The notes under the pieces were generated by a model, which was not told the origin of the DNA, searched no databases, and was given only the letters and a program-made list of their open reading frames with translations. A stretch of 64,000 nt of DNA from Bugula neritina (lineage: Eukaryota; Animalia; Bryozoa), in NCBI GenBank assembly GCA_964035545.1, contig OZ037773.1:2261751-2325750 (forward strand), in the 5' to 3' direction. Both the position numbers and the translations under genes were made by a program. Below, piece by piece: positions 13,901-26,395 of the stretch (position 1 is the stretch's first letter; each line of letters starts with the position of its first letter).

Positions 13901-16250
13901 TAACAAAGGTGTGTTTAAAGTTTGGTATTGGGTAAACAAGCACCCACTTTCCTTGATTGTTTGGATCTACCGGTCAAGTGTGATGGAAATAATTGCCTGT
14001 TTAGTATTGCTGTTTAACTTACAGGAAATAATCTACTTTAACACGCTCTACTTGAACTTAGGCATGATTTCAAGTTATTAAAATAAATATTTTTGTTCTG
14101 TTTAAATGGTTTTAATGGACTGTTTGTAGTTAGAGATTTGTCCAATCAATATCAACTGCAATTCTGCCACTGTAGACAGCTGACCCCATGGGAGTGGGTA
14201 CGTCTGCACTATTTAGTTGAACCTCACGCAAGTTTATAGTCACTATCCCTGATGGAAGGGGTTTATTGTTGAATAGGACTAAGGACTTATTTAGATGAGG
14301 CATAGGAGCACTTATGACTGCATGCTCTTCCTAACATCACCAAAAACCTTTGCCAGGCTCAAACCCATGACTTCATGCTTACTAAGAAAATGCTCTAAAG
14401 TCTAACCCGTAGACCACGGCTGCTCCTTTAGCACATCAGTTAGTGGCAGTTAATTTAGCAGCTTATATGTTGCTACACTCTGGGCAGTCTGCAAAACCTT
14501 TCCTTGCTCTGTATAGCAGCAAACAAATGTCAAATTATTTGAAATACAAGCACACTAGCTTCACATTTATAATATTGTTCTAATGTGGGTTGTGTGTTAC
14601 GTGGCAAGTAAATATTATAAGGTAAAGCGTTAATTAAGATGCTTCATTAAAAACAGTAAAAAATTTGTTTTTAAATTTGAAGGTGATTTTTGCACTCTCA
14701 TTTATGAGCTCTTGCATTCCAGCGGTAAAAATTGATGGTGATTTTAGCCCATGTTGGCCATCATTGTGAAATAATACATCCATTGTGGAATTATCTACTT
14801 TTATTTAGAGTTATTAGGACACATAGTAGCTCTACCTTTCCTTTCTACACATATTCATTTATTTTACGGCAATACGTCTGCTCGGGTATATTGGCAGACG
14901 CAGAATTGTTGATGTTTCAAATATTCTGTTCTGAAAAATGAACTCAAAGTTTGTAAATTTAAGAGATGATAGAAAAACATGCAAGAAAAGATACAAAAAT
15001 ATTTTGATAGTAACTGTTGATATAAATAAGTACATTACATAGGCTCATGACCTTTTAGTATCACTAAAGTACGACTCAAGTTTGACTTAAAGGATTGCTC
15101 TATCTTGTCTAATAAATGGCCATTTAGGTCAAACACACATAATATTGTGTTTTTCTAAGCATGCATTGACAAAAAGCATTTGACCAAAGGTAGAAAAAGT
15201 TAGTTGAGGTTGAGGGTGTAGATTGGTAACAGCCAAAACGCCGATTTTGAAATGAACTGGGAAATGTGACGTAACAGCGCCAGCATTCCTGCTGGTCACG
15301 TGACTATACAAATGAATAACTATAGAAATATGACTGTGAGATGTAATCTTTCAGCTCGTAATTTGTATATTTATAGAAGTGCAAATGTGAATTATCTCAA
15401 TCTATAGTTTTTTGACATTTTAAATAACATGTATGTGATAACATTAGGCCATATTTTGCTTGTAAACATTAGAAAAAAGCATTGCAAAAACATGCATTCT
15501 TTAGGATGAATGCCCGCGATCGATCTAAACTAGGTCAGATTGTGCAATATTACGGGCGCATCAAAGCTGACCTACATAGCGCACTGTAACTGCTTGAGCG
15601 TTATTGGTTGATGTTGTGCCCAGCAACCTTGAATACTAGCGTTATAGTTAGCACGTGCAGCATAGTTACTGGCGTTCATACGTCACGTATTAGGCTATTC
15701 TTTTTCATGACTGAAAATTTTACCTCCCTCAAAATTGGAATTTTGAAAAGCTGTTTTCTAGGCACATATCCCTTTGCAAAGCCACAATTGTTTGCATACA
15801 CATTAGATTATAGTTCATAATTATAATGTGATTGTAATAAACTAAGATTGAGCAATCCTTTAAACACACTACTTGAAGGTAACTGCTATGGTTTTTAGGT
15901 TCTTCCAAAGAGAATGAAGTACCACCTGAGCCCCAAACGCTTAAATCTGAAAACAAAAGACAGAGCAGCAGTTCAAATTCCATTCCTCCAAAAAAAACTA
16001 AACCCTCAAAAAGGTACAGAATGGTGTGAATCACATGAAATCATTGTTTTGGTGAGCTGATTCTGTTGGCTTTATACTAAATTTGTTTGTTTGCAGCAGT
16101 AGTAAAAAGAAGGCACTGGCAAAGGGTGTGAAGACCTTAGATAACTACTTCACAGTCACAAAACGGTCCAGCACTGGTCTCTCAGTCAGCAGCGACTCTC
16201 AGTTCAACTCAAGATTTCAGGTAGTCCAGGTGTTCCTTGGTGTTGTGTGA
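7912..16250 (+). CDS. PHF7/G2E3-like (pineapple-eye-like) multi-PHD/RING protein; exons 7912-8049, 8470-8571, 8827-8951, 9384-9526, 9881-10022, 10346-10462, 10895-11013, 15899-16013, 16097-16250 (last two exons and stop tentative)
   Basis: Phase-consistent GT-AG splicing. Family motifs: CVFC..HNFCLLFSSGL, GFLIEDILKE, CSFC..GGSIGC, PCC..WYHRQCI..AYSAGLHYFKCPLCNN, GIYIPDRDASWEL, CETCG..VHTQC..WLCSMC. No HECT domain seen. Confidence 0.88.
11476..13184 (-). CDS. Profilin family protein (151 aa), nested antisense in intron 7 of the PHF7/G2E3-like gene; exons 13184-13070, 12463-12326, 11678-11476
   Basis: The spliced product reads SWREFVENVLI..GVISSAGIYSLEGVKW..MTKEEI..AF.DP..IYEEGIVLENKKY..IAKSKTSIVVGVH..RLANYL, the profilin pattern. 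Canonical phase-1 introns. Confidence 0.88.
12549..13025. repeat. 33-bp minisatellite (GTAACTGTAACACTATTACTACTAGTAGTGGTG) preceded by (TAG)n
   Basis: About 13 tandem copies filling most of profilin intron 1. Explains the three low-complexity ORFs here. Confidence 0.95.
14236..14426 (-). mobile_element. tRNA-derived SINE, copy 2
   Basis: Same family as 5660-5864. Confidence 0.75.
15091..15859. mobile_element. Non-autonomous DNA transposon with TTAA target duplication (Kolobok-like termini)
   Basis: TTAA|AGGATTGCTCTATCTT ... AAGATTGAGCAATCCT|TTAA: a 16-bp TIR with one mismatch and no transposase ORF. Confidence 0.8.
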
Positions 16251-17663
16251 CAGATACGGAGGCTGACATTTCAGTTCCAGTATTTGCAAAAAATTGATAT
16301 TATAAGTAATGAAATTGGTAGTGTCAATAAAAATGTGTTTTTATTTTACTAGTATGTTAGTTATACTTGGAAAGTTAGTGAAATCATGCCAAAATTCTTT
16401 ATTATTAGGATGGTTAAAAAGAAGAGAGAAAATAACTCCAAAAGAGAACGCTGCAGCATTAATTATCACTACTATTAGAAACACACTCATACTATAGAGA
16501 AAAGACAACCCTAGAAGTTCATTTTTTAAAGAGAATGGCTTGGCATACCATAGACTTCTGCAGCTTTAATATTGTGACTTGTAGTCTAATTTATTCCTCC
16601 AACCGAATTGGATTTCACTGAAACCCATTTACTTGTTTATTCATATGTAATATGGATCTTATTTATGTATAATCTTAATATCTAACATCTACTGTGTTAT
16701 AATAATGGTACTACCTCCAGAATTATGTAAATGACTGATAGCTATAGTTATATTTAGGACTTGTAAATGTATAAGTTTCAGCTTCTAGTTGAGTCACCAT
16801 TTAAGTATATTGTGCTATTATATATGTTTTATATGTAAGATATGTGGTTAAATATATTTACTAAAAAATATGCCAACTTCTACACATGATACATGCAAAT
16901 TCCCATACATGTAATAATTTATAACAAAAATTGGTGAATTATTTTACGTTTGAGTTTCCAATAAAATCTATTCCACTAATCTTATTATGTTTTATTCACT
17001 TCTTTGATAGAGCCGGCATATAAATTTTGTCGGAAGAGTTGTGTTTATGTGTAGCCTAAGTTCTGGGATATGTTGAGAACAGTTTCATCTAGAACGTATA
17101 ATATACTTATTCGTTTATTTATTGCTTATGGTATTCAGGCAGCAATCATTTGACTTGTGTGAGTCCAAGCCACATTCTAGATTTTACTCACTTAACTTCA
17201 ACAAATATTTTACAAACCGAAGTGTTATGTAGTAATTAGCTCTAGGCCTGTGACCCTTCAAAAAGTTGTAGCCTGCCTGATTAAAGTATCTTTAGATATG
17301 CACAATTTAAAGATATAAAATATAATAAGCAATAAAGTTCATAGCAAAACTCACATTGACTGGCGATAACAATGACGGTAGCAATTTAGTTCAAGTGTCC
17401 AGTCAGAAAATAAGTAGAAGATAGAAATTACCTGCCCAAAAAGAAAATCTGCTGTATCACAACCATGATTGATGTCGGTGTATAGCTATATTGAGTGACT
17501 TTACCTTGTATCAATTTCAAATTTTGGTGATTAGTTTGCTTATGTTCGGCATCTATTATGAGGGTCTGCTAAGTTTTCACAAAATAAGTCATACTATATT
17601 GATGGTAAGTTATTGACTACATCATATCTAACACAAGAAGCCCCTAAAAGCTCATGCAAGCTA

Positions 17664-17864
17664 ATAGTCACTATACATGTGAGAGACCTCTGGTGGAAAT
17701 TAGGGATTTTCAGTAAATCGGGCTAAGGACTTATCCATATGTGGCCCATGAGCAATTATGACTGGATGCTCTTCCTAACATCACCAATGGCCTTTACTGG
17801 GGATCAAACCCATGACTACGGATTTATTAGATAGACGCTCTAAGACCTAGACCACAGCTGTTCC
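17664..17864 (-). mobile_element. tRNA-derived SINE, copy 3
   Basis: Same family as 5660-5864. A partial fourth copy lies at about 25850-25970. Confidence 0.75.
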
Positions 17865-18547
17865 TTTCAAGATAACCCCTAGTGCTCTATAGAACTTAGT
17901 CTTTATTAACCATGCAATATATGATATTCTAGAGAAAAGGGTATCAAATGGAATCTCTGTATTTGCAATAACCGCCATGCTCCCTGTCTTTCCAATTCTC
18001 TTGTTGTGAAGTCAGTGGCTTAAAGACATAGAAGGGCAACATGCAGCACCAATTATTGCGTGTGTTATTTATAGAATATAGATTATTAACAGAATTGCCT
18101 ACTGGTACAAGTGAAAGTACCCTCATTTTGAGCTTCGTCATGACAGGCTTTTTAAGGCTGGGGTATGATACGACATTATTCAACAGATATAGCTGATCTT
18201 TTTTGTACAAGCGTGATAATATCTTTTAACTGGTGTATAAATTACTTGTTTATCAATAATTATATATGCAGGGTTTGCTTACTATTTATTATGTGTTGTT
18301 TATTATCAGATAAAATTTCAATTTTTAATTTAAGTAGGTTTGTGGTTTTTCAGTCTTATTTTTAAGCCATCGTCGCATAGCAATTAACCCAGTGCCATTC
18401 ATTTTATAACAACTTTAGTTGCATTTAAAATATCTGCTTGGGAGTTGACTTTTGTGAAAAATATACAAATAAGACAGGATGGTATTTGATTGTAATAATA
18501 ATTTATTTGACAGGACCATGGCGTATTTATTCAAAATTATATTAAAA

Positions 18548-18618
18548 TCTTTAGAGAAGTATTCAAGGAAAAAACTCAGAAAATCTGTTTAGTTTAATCC
18601 AATCATTAGCTCTTAGAA
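18548..18618 (-). promoter_or_regulatory. SECIS element, type II, in the 3' UTR of the selenoprotein gene
   Basis: Minus strand: AUGAU-UGGAUUAAACU-AAA-CAGA UUU UCUG-AGUUUUUUCCU-UGAA. It has the AUGA/GA core, an 11-nt helix II arm (GGA/UCC, AAACU/AGUUU), unpaired AAA and an apical mini-stem. AATAAA follows at about 18502-18507. Confidence 0.85.
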
Positions 18619-18971
18619 TAAAAATATAATAATGACATGGTTCAAAGTCAAACATAAAAATATACTTTCATAAATCATTTAGCCCAAATACATGGGTGAA
18701 CAACAAAATAAATAAAAACAATATCGCAGGCAGCCTAGACATCTGCAAACAGCATTGTATGAATTTACTATCCTTTGGTAAGTTCATGTCCCAACAACAA
18801 AAGTAACAAAGTTTTCAAGATCTTAGAATTCTTGCACCCACGTGTGGCGACTGAAAGCATCAATATTGAAAGGTAACACACAGACAGTAGAATAATGTTT
18901 TTTTATGATAGTAAACCCTTATACAGCTGTGTTTGCAGATATATGGCACATAACATTTGTGGTTGTTATTT

Positions 18972-21900
18972 TTAGAGGATAATGCAGCCTCTGTCAATTT
19001 CTGTGACAACTTCAGGTTTTTTTGCTCCTTTGGAAACTTCAATAATTTCTTCTAAGACCTATAACAATTCATTTTATAGTGAATAGTTCAGTTTCTCATG
19101 TCTTCGATAATAAGAGTTGTGCCCACAATAAAAGCACACCAGTTAACCCAAATAATATAGAAACTAATATTAAGAAATCCCATACACATTTCATTTATGC
19201 AGCATTAAAATACTCATGTAAACTTTGAATTTTCAAGTCAGTTCAATGACTAAGCTGTGTGTTACAGCAGCTACTGTAGGAATGGCATGCAATGAAAGTC
19301 AGCAATACTATTAGTTTTATAATACCAGGATTTCAGAGTCGACTAGAAAGAAGCAATCAGAAATCTCAAATTAATTCAAAACATGTGACCTGGCACCACA
19401 AAACAAGGGATGTATATAAAATGTTGAAAACCTAGTTATTACTATGGATTGATAGAGCAGACTTTTTCAAACATTATGCACTTTATTTGAAGTCTCTAGC
19501 ATAAATAGAACTCGAGATATCAGTATTTAAAAACTTTAACGTTTCTAGAATTTCTAAATTACTGTTTCGAGAAAATCGCGTTTAAAGTTGGCAACTCTAG
19601 AATAAGTTGAGAATTATTTGTTTACAATTTACAAGCCTTAGCAACGGGTCTTTGTATAATAGGAATAGTGACAAATTTGGTATCAAAATAATTGTGAAAG
19701 TTTGGGCTTTCTGTTAAACTAAATTTTATGTTGCCTCAACATAAAATTAGGTCAAATATGGCCACCAAACTTTTTGTCAAATTTATTTGTCAATTTGCTT
19801 TTTACTTTCTTTAATGATTGAAAGGTTCAACAATTCCAGCAAAGAAGAGGATGTCTCAGCAAATTGTGAGTTGAGATATTTAAATTAGGCATCCAAGTCA
19901 GCAGAAAGTCATATAAAACAAAATGGCAGCTGCTTCCTGTTATACATTGAATATCTTCCTCTCCTCTAATATATTGTGTAATATATCGAACTGCAGCTAT
20001 TGAGCTGTGCTGTTTCATAGTTATTGCTTAATGAGTAGAACACTTATGAGAAAATCATTTGACTATTATGAGATCATTCGAGATTCATTCATAAATATTT
20101 TTATAATCTCTAATGGCAACTAAATTTAGTAATTGATGTTGAAAATATAAACATAAAATCAGCGATTAGAACTTTTGAGTTTTATTAGGCATTAATATTC
20201 ACATTTAAAACATCAAATACATTATTTTAAAAAAATAATTAAATGCAGTAACAAATCCAGCCTGGATACAACCATTATGCTTGAATTAACTCTAATCAAG
20301 AAAAGAAAATTAGGTAGCTTCTACGGTTTTTGCAAAAAGGGCACTTTTCATCTTTCTACTTCCTTGGTCTTCATAATACGAGTTTACAGAGTATGGACAC
20401 ATAACATCATGTATGTGGCAAAAAGCTTCATCTATATCATCAGCTGATTTTCTAGCAATTATAGATGCTGCTACTTGCCATCCATTCTGCCAATCTACCC
20501 ATCTATTGTCTATTCCAGAGCTGCAAGTACAATGTTGACTTTTTTAAATAACAAAAGAAAACGGTAGCTTGATTAGAAATTATACGCAGTCATATTATAA
20601 AAATTTAGTTGGTTAAACACTCTTGTGGTACTATTATGGCAGCAGTTAATTGTCATCCTGCATTATATCAATATTTAAATTTATTGAATTAAACAGAACA
20701 ATTTAAATTAAAAAAATTGTTGCAAATTTTCAAGCACATCATTAAAAGACTGCAAACCTGTTTATGAATGAAATAAGCAGAAGCCATAACCTTGCAAGCC
20801 AAAATTCAGAGTGTCTACATTAGAAGTGTTAGATTGATAGGTAGTAGAGTTGTGTAGGTATAAGTCTTCACTCTAATGCTCTCATAAGTCCACTTTCTAG
20901 AATGTACAGAATATCGTATTATTCTATATTAACATAGTATTATCAGTAAAATTACACATTATGCACTTGAATATCTAGCCTATCTGCAATTGGCAATTTT
21001 GAAGCAATGTCTTTCGATAACTATTAACCACTCAGGCATTTAATTGAGTAAAAAAGCTAGCTAAATGCAACTGAATATATTAAAGACATTTACTATAAAA
21101 TCAATTTGAATTCAATAAATTACTTCAAAATATGAATAAACTTTTGCTCATCCTTTATAATGAAATTAAAAAGTTTAGACTATTTATGCATTCAGTTAGT
21201 GTTACTACTCACTAAATAATACTACAAGTAACTTACTGAAGAACTAAGTCAGTCAACTATAGAATCACCATGAACTCGCATTAATATTTCATCATTATAC
21301 TCATTTACATTTAATCACATTTACCATTTCAATTTGGTTATAGGTGATGCTTTTATCAATATAAATAGGATTACCAATAGAGTTTTGACAGTAACTGTAA
21401 GCCTGCATAATGTGATAAAGATTTTATCATTATATTTTAAATCAAACTTTGAGCTAATTTAAAAATCACAAAAGTAAACGGTAGTTTGACTAGTAGGCCT
21501 AATGTTAATACTAATAGTAATAGTAATAGCAATCAGTAACTGTATTCACAAAATCTAAGACAGAGACTAAAAGTTACTAAGAATAAGTCCAATTTAAATT
21601 TAAATATCAACTACAGAATAAATCAATAAATATAATACTATCAGTATAAATATCAAGTTTTAAGACCGAAGGCGAAACTCAGAGTCAGACTCAAATAGTG
21701 AAGTTATAATTATTAATTAATATTATTACTTATAGTTATAGTTATACTATTAATAGTAATGAGCTACATTTGGTTTTACTGCCAAATACCAGTATCAGTA
21801 AATCATGAATGATATTCATTATGATTATCATTATGATTAACCGTACCTCAAACTGTGAGTCATAGTGAGAGTCATTTAAATAGTTACTAGTAGTAGTATA

Positions 21901-24618
21901 GAATAGGAATAGACATACTCCAGTCCTAGGGCTAGTGATAGTATGAATATTAATAAATTGATAACTACAAATAATCCTGGCAACAATTCTAAGTTAGTAG
22001 CGTAAAGGATGGTTTTGAGTATAATTACCTGCATTGTTTAAATTTTCAAGCTTGAACGCTAAAGATAAAGATTAAGTTTAGCATTTATCACCAAAGGGCA
22101 AAACAGCTCAGTAACTTAAAAGCTAACTTTGGATGGAGCACGATGAAAAACTAAAACTAGCCTGCGATTTCAAATACGATGCTTTTGAGAATGCGAATAA
22201 AGAGGTGTAAACTAAATTCAGTTGACAAAAAATAAATTTGCAAGATCTCACGCTATGAAAATGACTAAAATTGTCTTCTTTCTTTATTTGATAGCTTCGC
22301 AATTTTTTCATTATTTAAAAAATTGAATGCCTTAGTTACCAACTTTAAATGCAATTTTGGAGCTGAAGGAATCATCAAATGCTTGCGAAAGTATGATTTT
22401 TGAAATCCTTGGATTTTTTTGTATTAGAAAAGTTCAAAACCTAAAAACTGGAAATTAATTTCAAATTTAAGTATTTCCAAATTAAACCTTCATTTACTAC
22501 ACTTTATAAACGCCGCCACATCCCCGGTTTTGTCGCGACTGGTCACACATGTTTCACAAAATTTATTATAAAATGAAATTGTTTGAGTATATAACCTTCA
22601 ACTTGTTTGTAGATGATAGCTAAAATATATATGAATATCTTAATACTGTATAAATGAAGTGTCATGAACTTTTTGATAACGACTTGCTGTTTTGGAAAAA
22701 CCTTTTCTGATATCCATACCTTTGTGTCATCAGGAAACTGACCAGTAGCTAGCTTGGAAAATATGGTGACACTGTTGACCTCTATTTCGTACGATGCTGA
22801 AAAACAAATATTTTTAAATTTTCCAACAGTTTGTTTAACCAATTGCTAATATTTTAATCAATGCACGAGTTTAAATATTATCACTCCAAACTACATATCA
22901 GTCTTGAAGCAAAGGATTAGAAAATAGACCACCTTATGAAAGGTAGAACCAATGTAGGCAATGTTTTTAAATTTTTATATGCACCTTAGAAAGTGTTTGT
23001 GTACAACACTGTATTTATATTGCAACAGACAAACATTATTAATATACTAAGTTTTAATTGATAACTTAGCTATCAGTGATTCAATCAAGCCAAAGCCTAT
23101 CAAAATGGCAACAAAATCTGCTGATGCTGAATTGAAAAATTAATCCATGCACATGCAGCAGAAAAAATCAATTAATTAACATAATTGCTAACTTCGTGTC
23201 ATAATAATAAGGGAACGCTTGAAAAAGAAATTTTAGCATAAAGTAAATTTCTTTGCTCCTAGTAACTGAAAGTACATAATGCACTTTTAAAAAATATTAA
23301 TTTAGCAAAAAGTTTATCTGTGTTTCTAATATCAAAATAAAGTCAGGATGTTACATGGGAGAGGGTTACTAACTTAAATACACGAGTGATTAAAGCATGG
23401 TAAAGTGATGAGCCTATCTAGTTAAAGAACGCCAATGATCAGCAACAAATGGATTGAAAATGTTTAAAAATATAAACCTGAGCGGCCGGCCTTCAAGGAA
23501 ACTTGGGCGTCCTGCACAGCACGTACAATTCTATCTTTGAGCGCTCTCGCTCGAGGCTCATAACCTCATTCGGAGCTACAAATAAAATTTTGCATTTTTG
23601 CAAGCAAATTGAAATTATATATTTGAAAAATCAAATCATTTGGCAAGCAAATATCAATAAACTTTAGAGTTAGGGTAACACTTACAACTAACATTTTAAG
23701 TAGACTAACCATAAGGCTTAAAGTTAAAGACGAATACTGTCACGATGACCATGGGACTAGATCACTCTGATTGTATTGTAATACTCAAAGTGAAAATCAT
23801 AGTCAGTGTCACCCTTACTTAAAGTTTTACAGTCAACAGTCATCAATATGGGTGACTTGTCAATATTTCGAAGGCCCATTAGTTCGAAAATCTATTGGTC
23901 CGAATGAAGTTGTTTAATAAAAAAAATCTGTTATATTTTTATTGTGTAGGTCTGTATTGTGCTTAATATGGTTCAGATTTATACTTCAAACTCCTGAAAA
24001 TGGCCTGCTGTGTGTGTGTGTGTGCGTGAGTACTAGGAAAATATTCTCTAAGTCTATTAGTATTACTCAAATTGAAATACTATTAGTATTAGTATTAGAC
24101 TTCCTCTTACTCCTAACTCTTAGTATTAGTATAACTATAACTATAAGTATTACAATTATAATTACTATTAGTATAACTATTACTAAACTATAACTAATAC
24201 TATTACTAATAGTAATACTAATAGTAATAGTAATACTAATACTAATAGTAATAGTAATACTAATGGCAATACTATTAGTATTACTAATAGTATTACTTAG
24301 TTTTTTTATATGAGGCACACCCCTTCTTCCCTCTAGGGAGGTCCAGTGTGGAAATAACATCGACAGGTATCGACAGGTAATACTAATAGTAATACTAATA
24401 AACAAATACAATACAATAACAATTTCAATACTCATTATTCGAAGTCAAAAGACATACTCATACTCATAATCATAGTCATACTCATACTGATACTCATAGT
24501 CATACTGATACTCATACTCACTTACTGTCATAGTGAATGTGATAGTCATAGTATTTTTGAAAACTAAAAAAACTTACCAGTGTTCGATGACAACGCTTAC
24601 TTGTGAGTTATCACCCAT
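18972..24618 (-). CDS. MIEN1: Rdx-family selenoprotein, MIEN1/SELENOW2-like, 100 aa; exons 24618-24578, 23575-23478, 22796-22720, 19058-18972; Sec TGA at 23568-23566
   Basis: The spliced protein is MGDNSQVSVVIEHCSEUGYEPRARALKDRIVRAVQDAQVSLKAGRSASYEIEVNSVTIFSKLATGQFPDDTKVLEEIIEVSKGAKKPEVVTEIDRGCIIL. It has CxxU, the Rdx motif YEIEVN..IFSKL..G.FP and the CaaX end CIIL. Intron phases 2,1,0 all fit. Confidence 0.9.
19384..22547. mobile_element. Old inverted-repeat (DNA transposon-like) element or pair of ends inside selenoprotein intron 3
   Basis: TGTGACCTGGCACCACAAAACAAGGGATGT matches the reverse complement of the right end, TGTGACCAGTCGCGACAAAACCGGGGATGT. A second inverted match TTTAAAGTTGG(C/T)AACT occurs at about 19581 and 22334. 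Confidence 0.55.
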
Positions 24619-24929
24619 CCTGATACTAGCTTAATCTAAAAAAAGTTTAACAATATATTTAATGTCAAAATACTTATATTAAGTAATATTAAATTTATTA
24701 ATAATATTGAGCTCCTTACCTTCGGTAAAAGTTGAAGTGGTTTCACTTTTCGATTGTTGCGTAAGAATATATGACTCGTTGAATATTGTGTAGCCTAATT
24801 TGTTAAACGTAATTTGCATCTGTTTCTAAATGATAACCAACGATGATTATAAAATTTTATAAAAGCAGGCAATAATATTAGCCTCTAATTCCTTCGATTC
24901 GATGTGACGGAGTATTACTACAATATCGC

Positions 24930-25081
24930 TAGAAGCAGCACCGAGTTTTGAAAAAGTAACTAAGTACAGTATTTGTATTGTATTGTATCAATACCAAGTA
25001 TTTGTATTTAGATAGTTTTTTGACTCTTAAATCGAACTCTCCCAACTATTACACTCAAAGACCGCTAACTCGGTGCTTCTA
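24930..25081. mobile_element. Short MITE, copy 1
   Basis: TAGAAGCAGCACCGAGTT ... AACTCGGTGCTTCTA inverted termini. A related copy lies at 28204. Confidence 0.65.
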
Positions 25082-26395
25082 ATACACATGCAATTTGAAC
25101 CCTTGGCAGTACTATTTTACGATGTTATTTAAGGGCGAAAACTACAGATGTCTATGTCAACAAACCGATATCCTCTTCAAAATTATAATAATATTATTAT
25201 TATAAACTTTTATATTATTGTTCTACACAGTCACATGTAGTTGTACTGTGTACGGTCAGTTACTGATGGTGATTACATACATTTTGATATAAAACATAGT
25301 GATAGTTAGTGAGTTATTGCAATAATGGTGTTTGTCTGCTATAGGTGATCAGTAGGAGTATAACTATAAGTATAACTATAACTATAAGTATAAGTATAAC
25401 TATAAGTATTAGATTTACTTTTACTTTTAGTTTTACTTTTACTTTTAGTAACACTATTACTAACTATAATAGAGTAATACTAATAGTAGCATAAGTAGTA
25501 GTATACTAGTAAGTAGTTGTAGTATAGTTAGTGTTACTGTTATACACTTACAGCAGACTATTTATTACTAAATTAGTGTTGCAATTGTTGTCTGAATGTG
25601 AAGTAGTCTAATTCTAATTTGTTTGGAAATTCAATAATAAATAGTAACATCATTATGATCATATTGATATTTATTAGGATCATGAGGTTAGGAGATGGCA
25701 TCATAATCATATTTATACTATTAATATTGATGTTCAATAGCATGCTGTACACTTGACAGTAGATAAAGCTCAGTCTAACATGGGTTTATAGTTGTTTTAC
25801 CTGTGAAAACCTCTAATGGAAAGGTGTTTTTTTCAAGCTTTTCATTATTGTAGCAAAGAAGTAATTATGACTGAATGCTCTTTCTAACACTTCCAATGGC
25901 CTTTACTGGGATTAAAATAACTGACATTGTGTTTACTAAGCCAGCACTCACACCCCTAGATCTTAACCACTATACTGTAAATGATTGTTTTAATTCAAGG
26001 CTAGGAACATTTATGCCCTATGCCATGGCCTCTATAACTATGAGGGATTGTTTTTGTTAAAATTCAGAGTCACTGTGAGGGTGATAACTCGCTGTCACAC
26101 TGACTTAATATAGTTACAAACTGACCATACTAGCAAGTCAATTGTTTTTTTATAACAATTTCTGGTTTATGAGTAAGGGATTCAAACACAGTCCATACCG
26201 ACCCAACGGTTGGTTTTCTGTTTAGCTTGGAATTTTCAAATATTTCATAACTTAATAACTTATCACTCTGTTATTTTTGTTACAATCAGTCCAAAATAAA
26301 AGTTTGATGCTTTAGTATTAGAAAATAGTGAATAAATTGGTGAAAGCTACCATGATTTGCAAGATAGTTTGATTTGCAGGTTGCCATTTTCAATT

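Noticed and set aside
18972-20520. Small Ras/Rho GTPase, suggested by the CIIL end and a segment at 20310-20520
   Set aside because: No P-loop or DxxG motif. The CaaX exon splices cleanly into the MIEN1-like gene.
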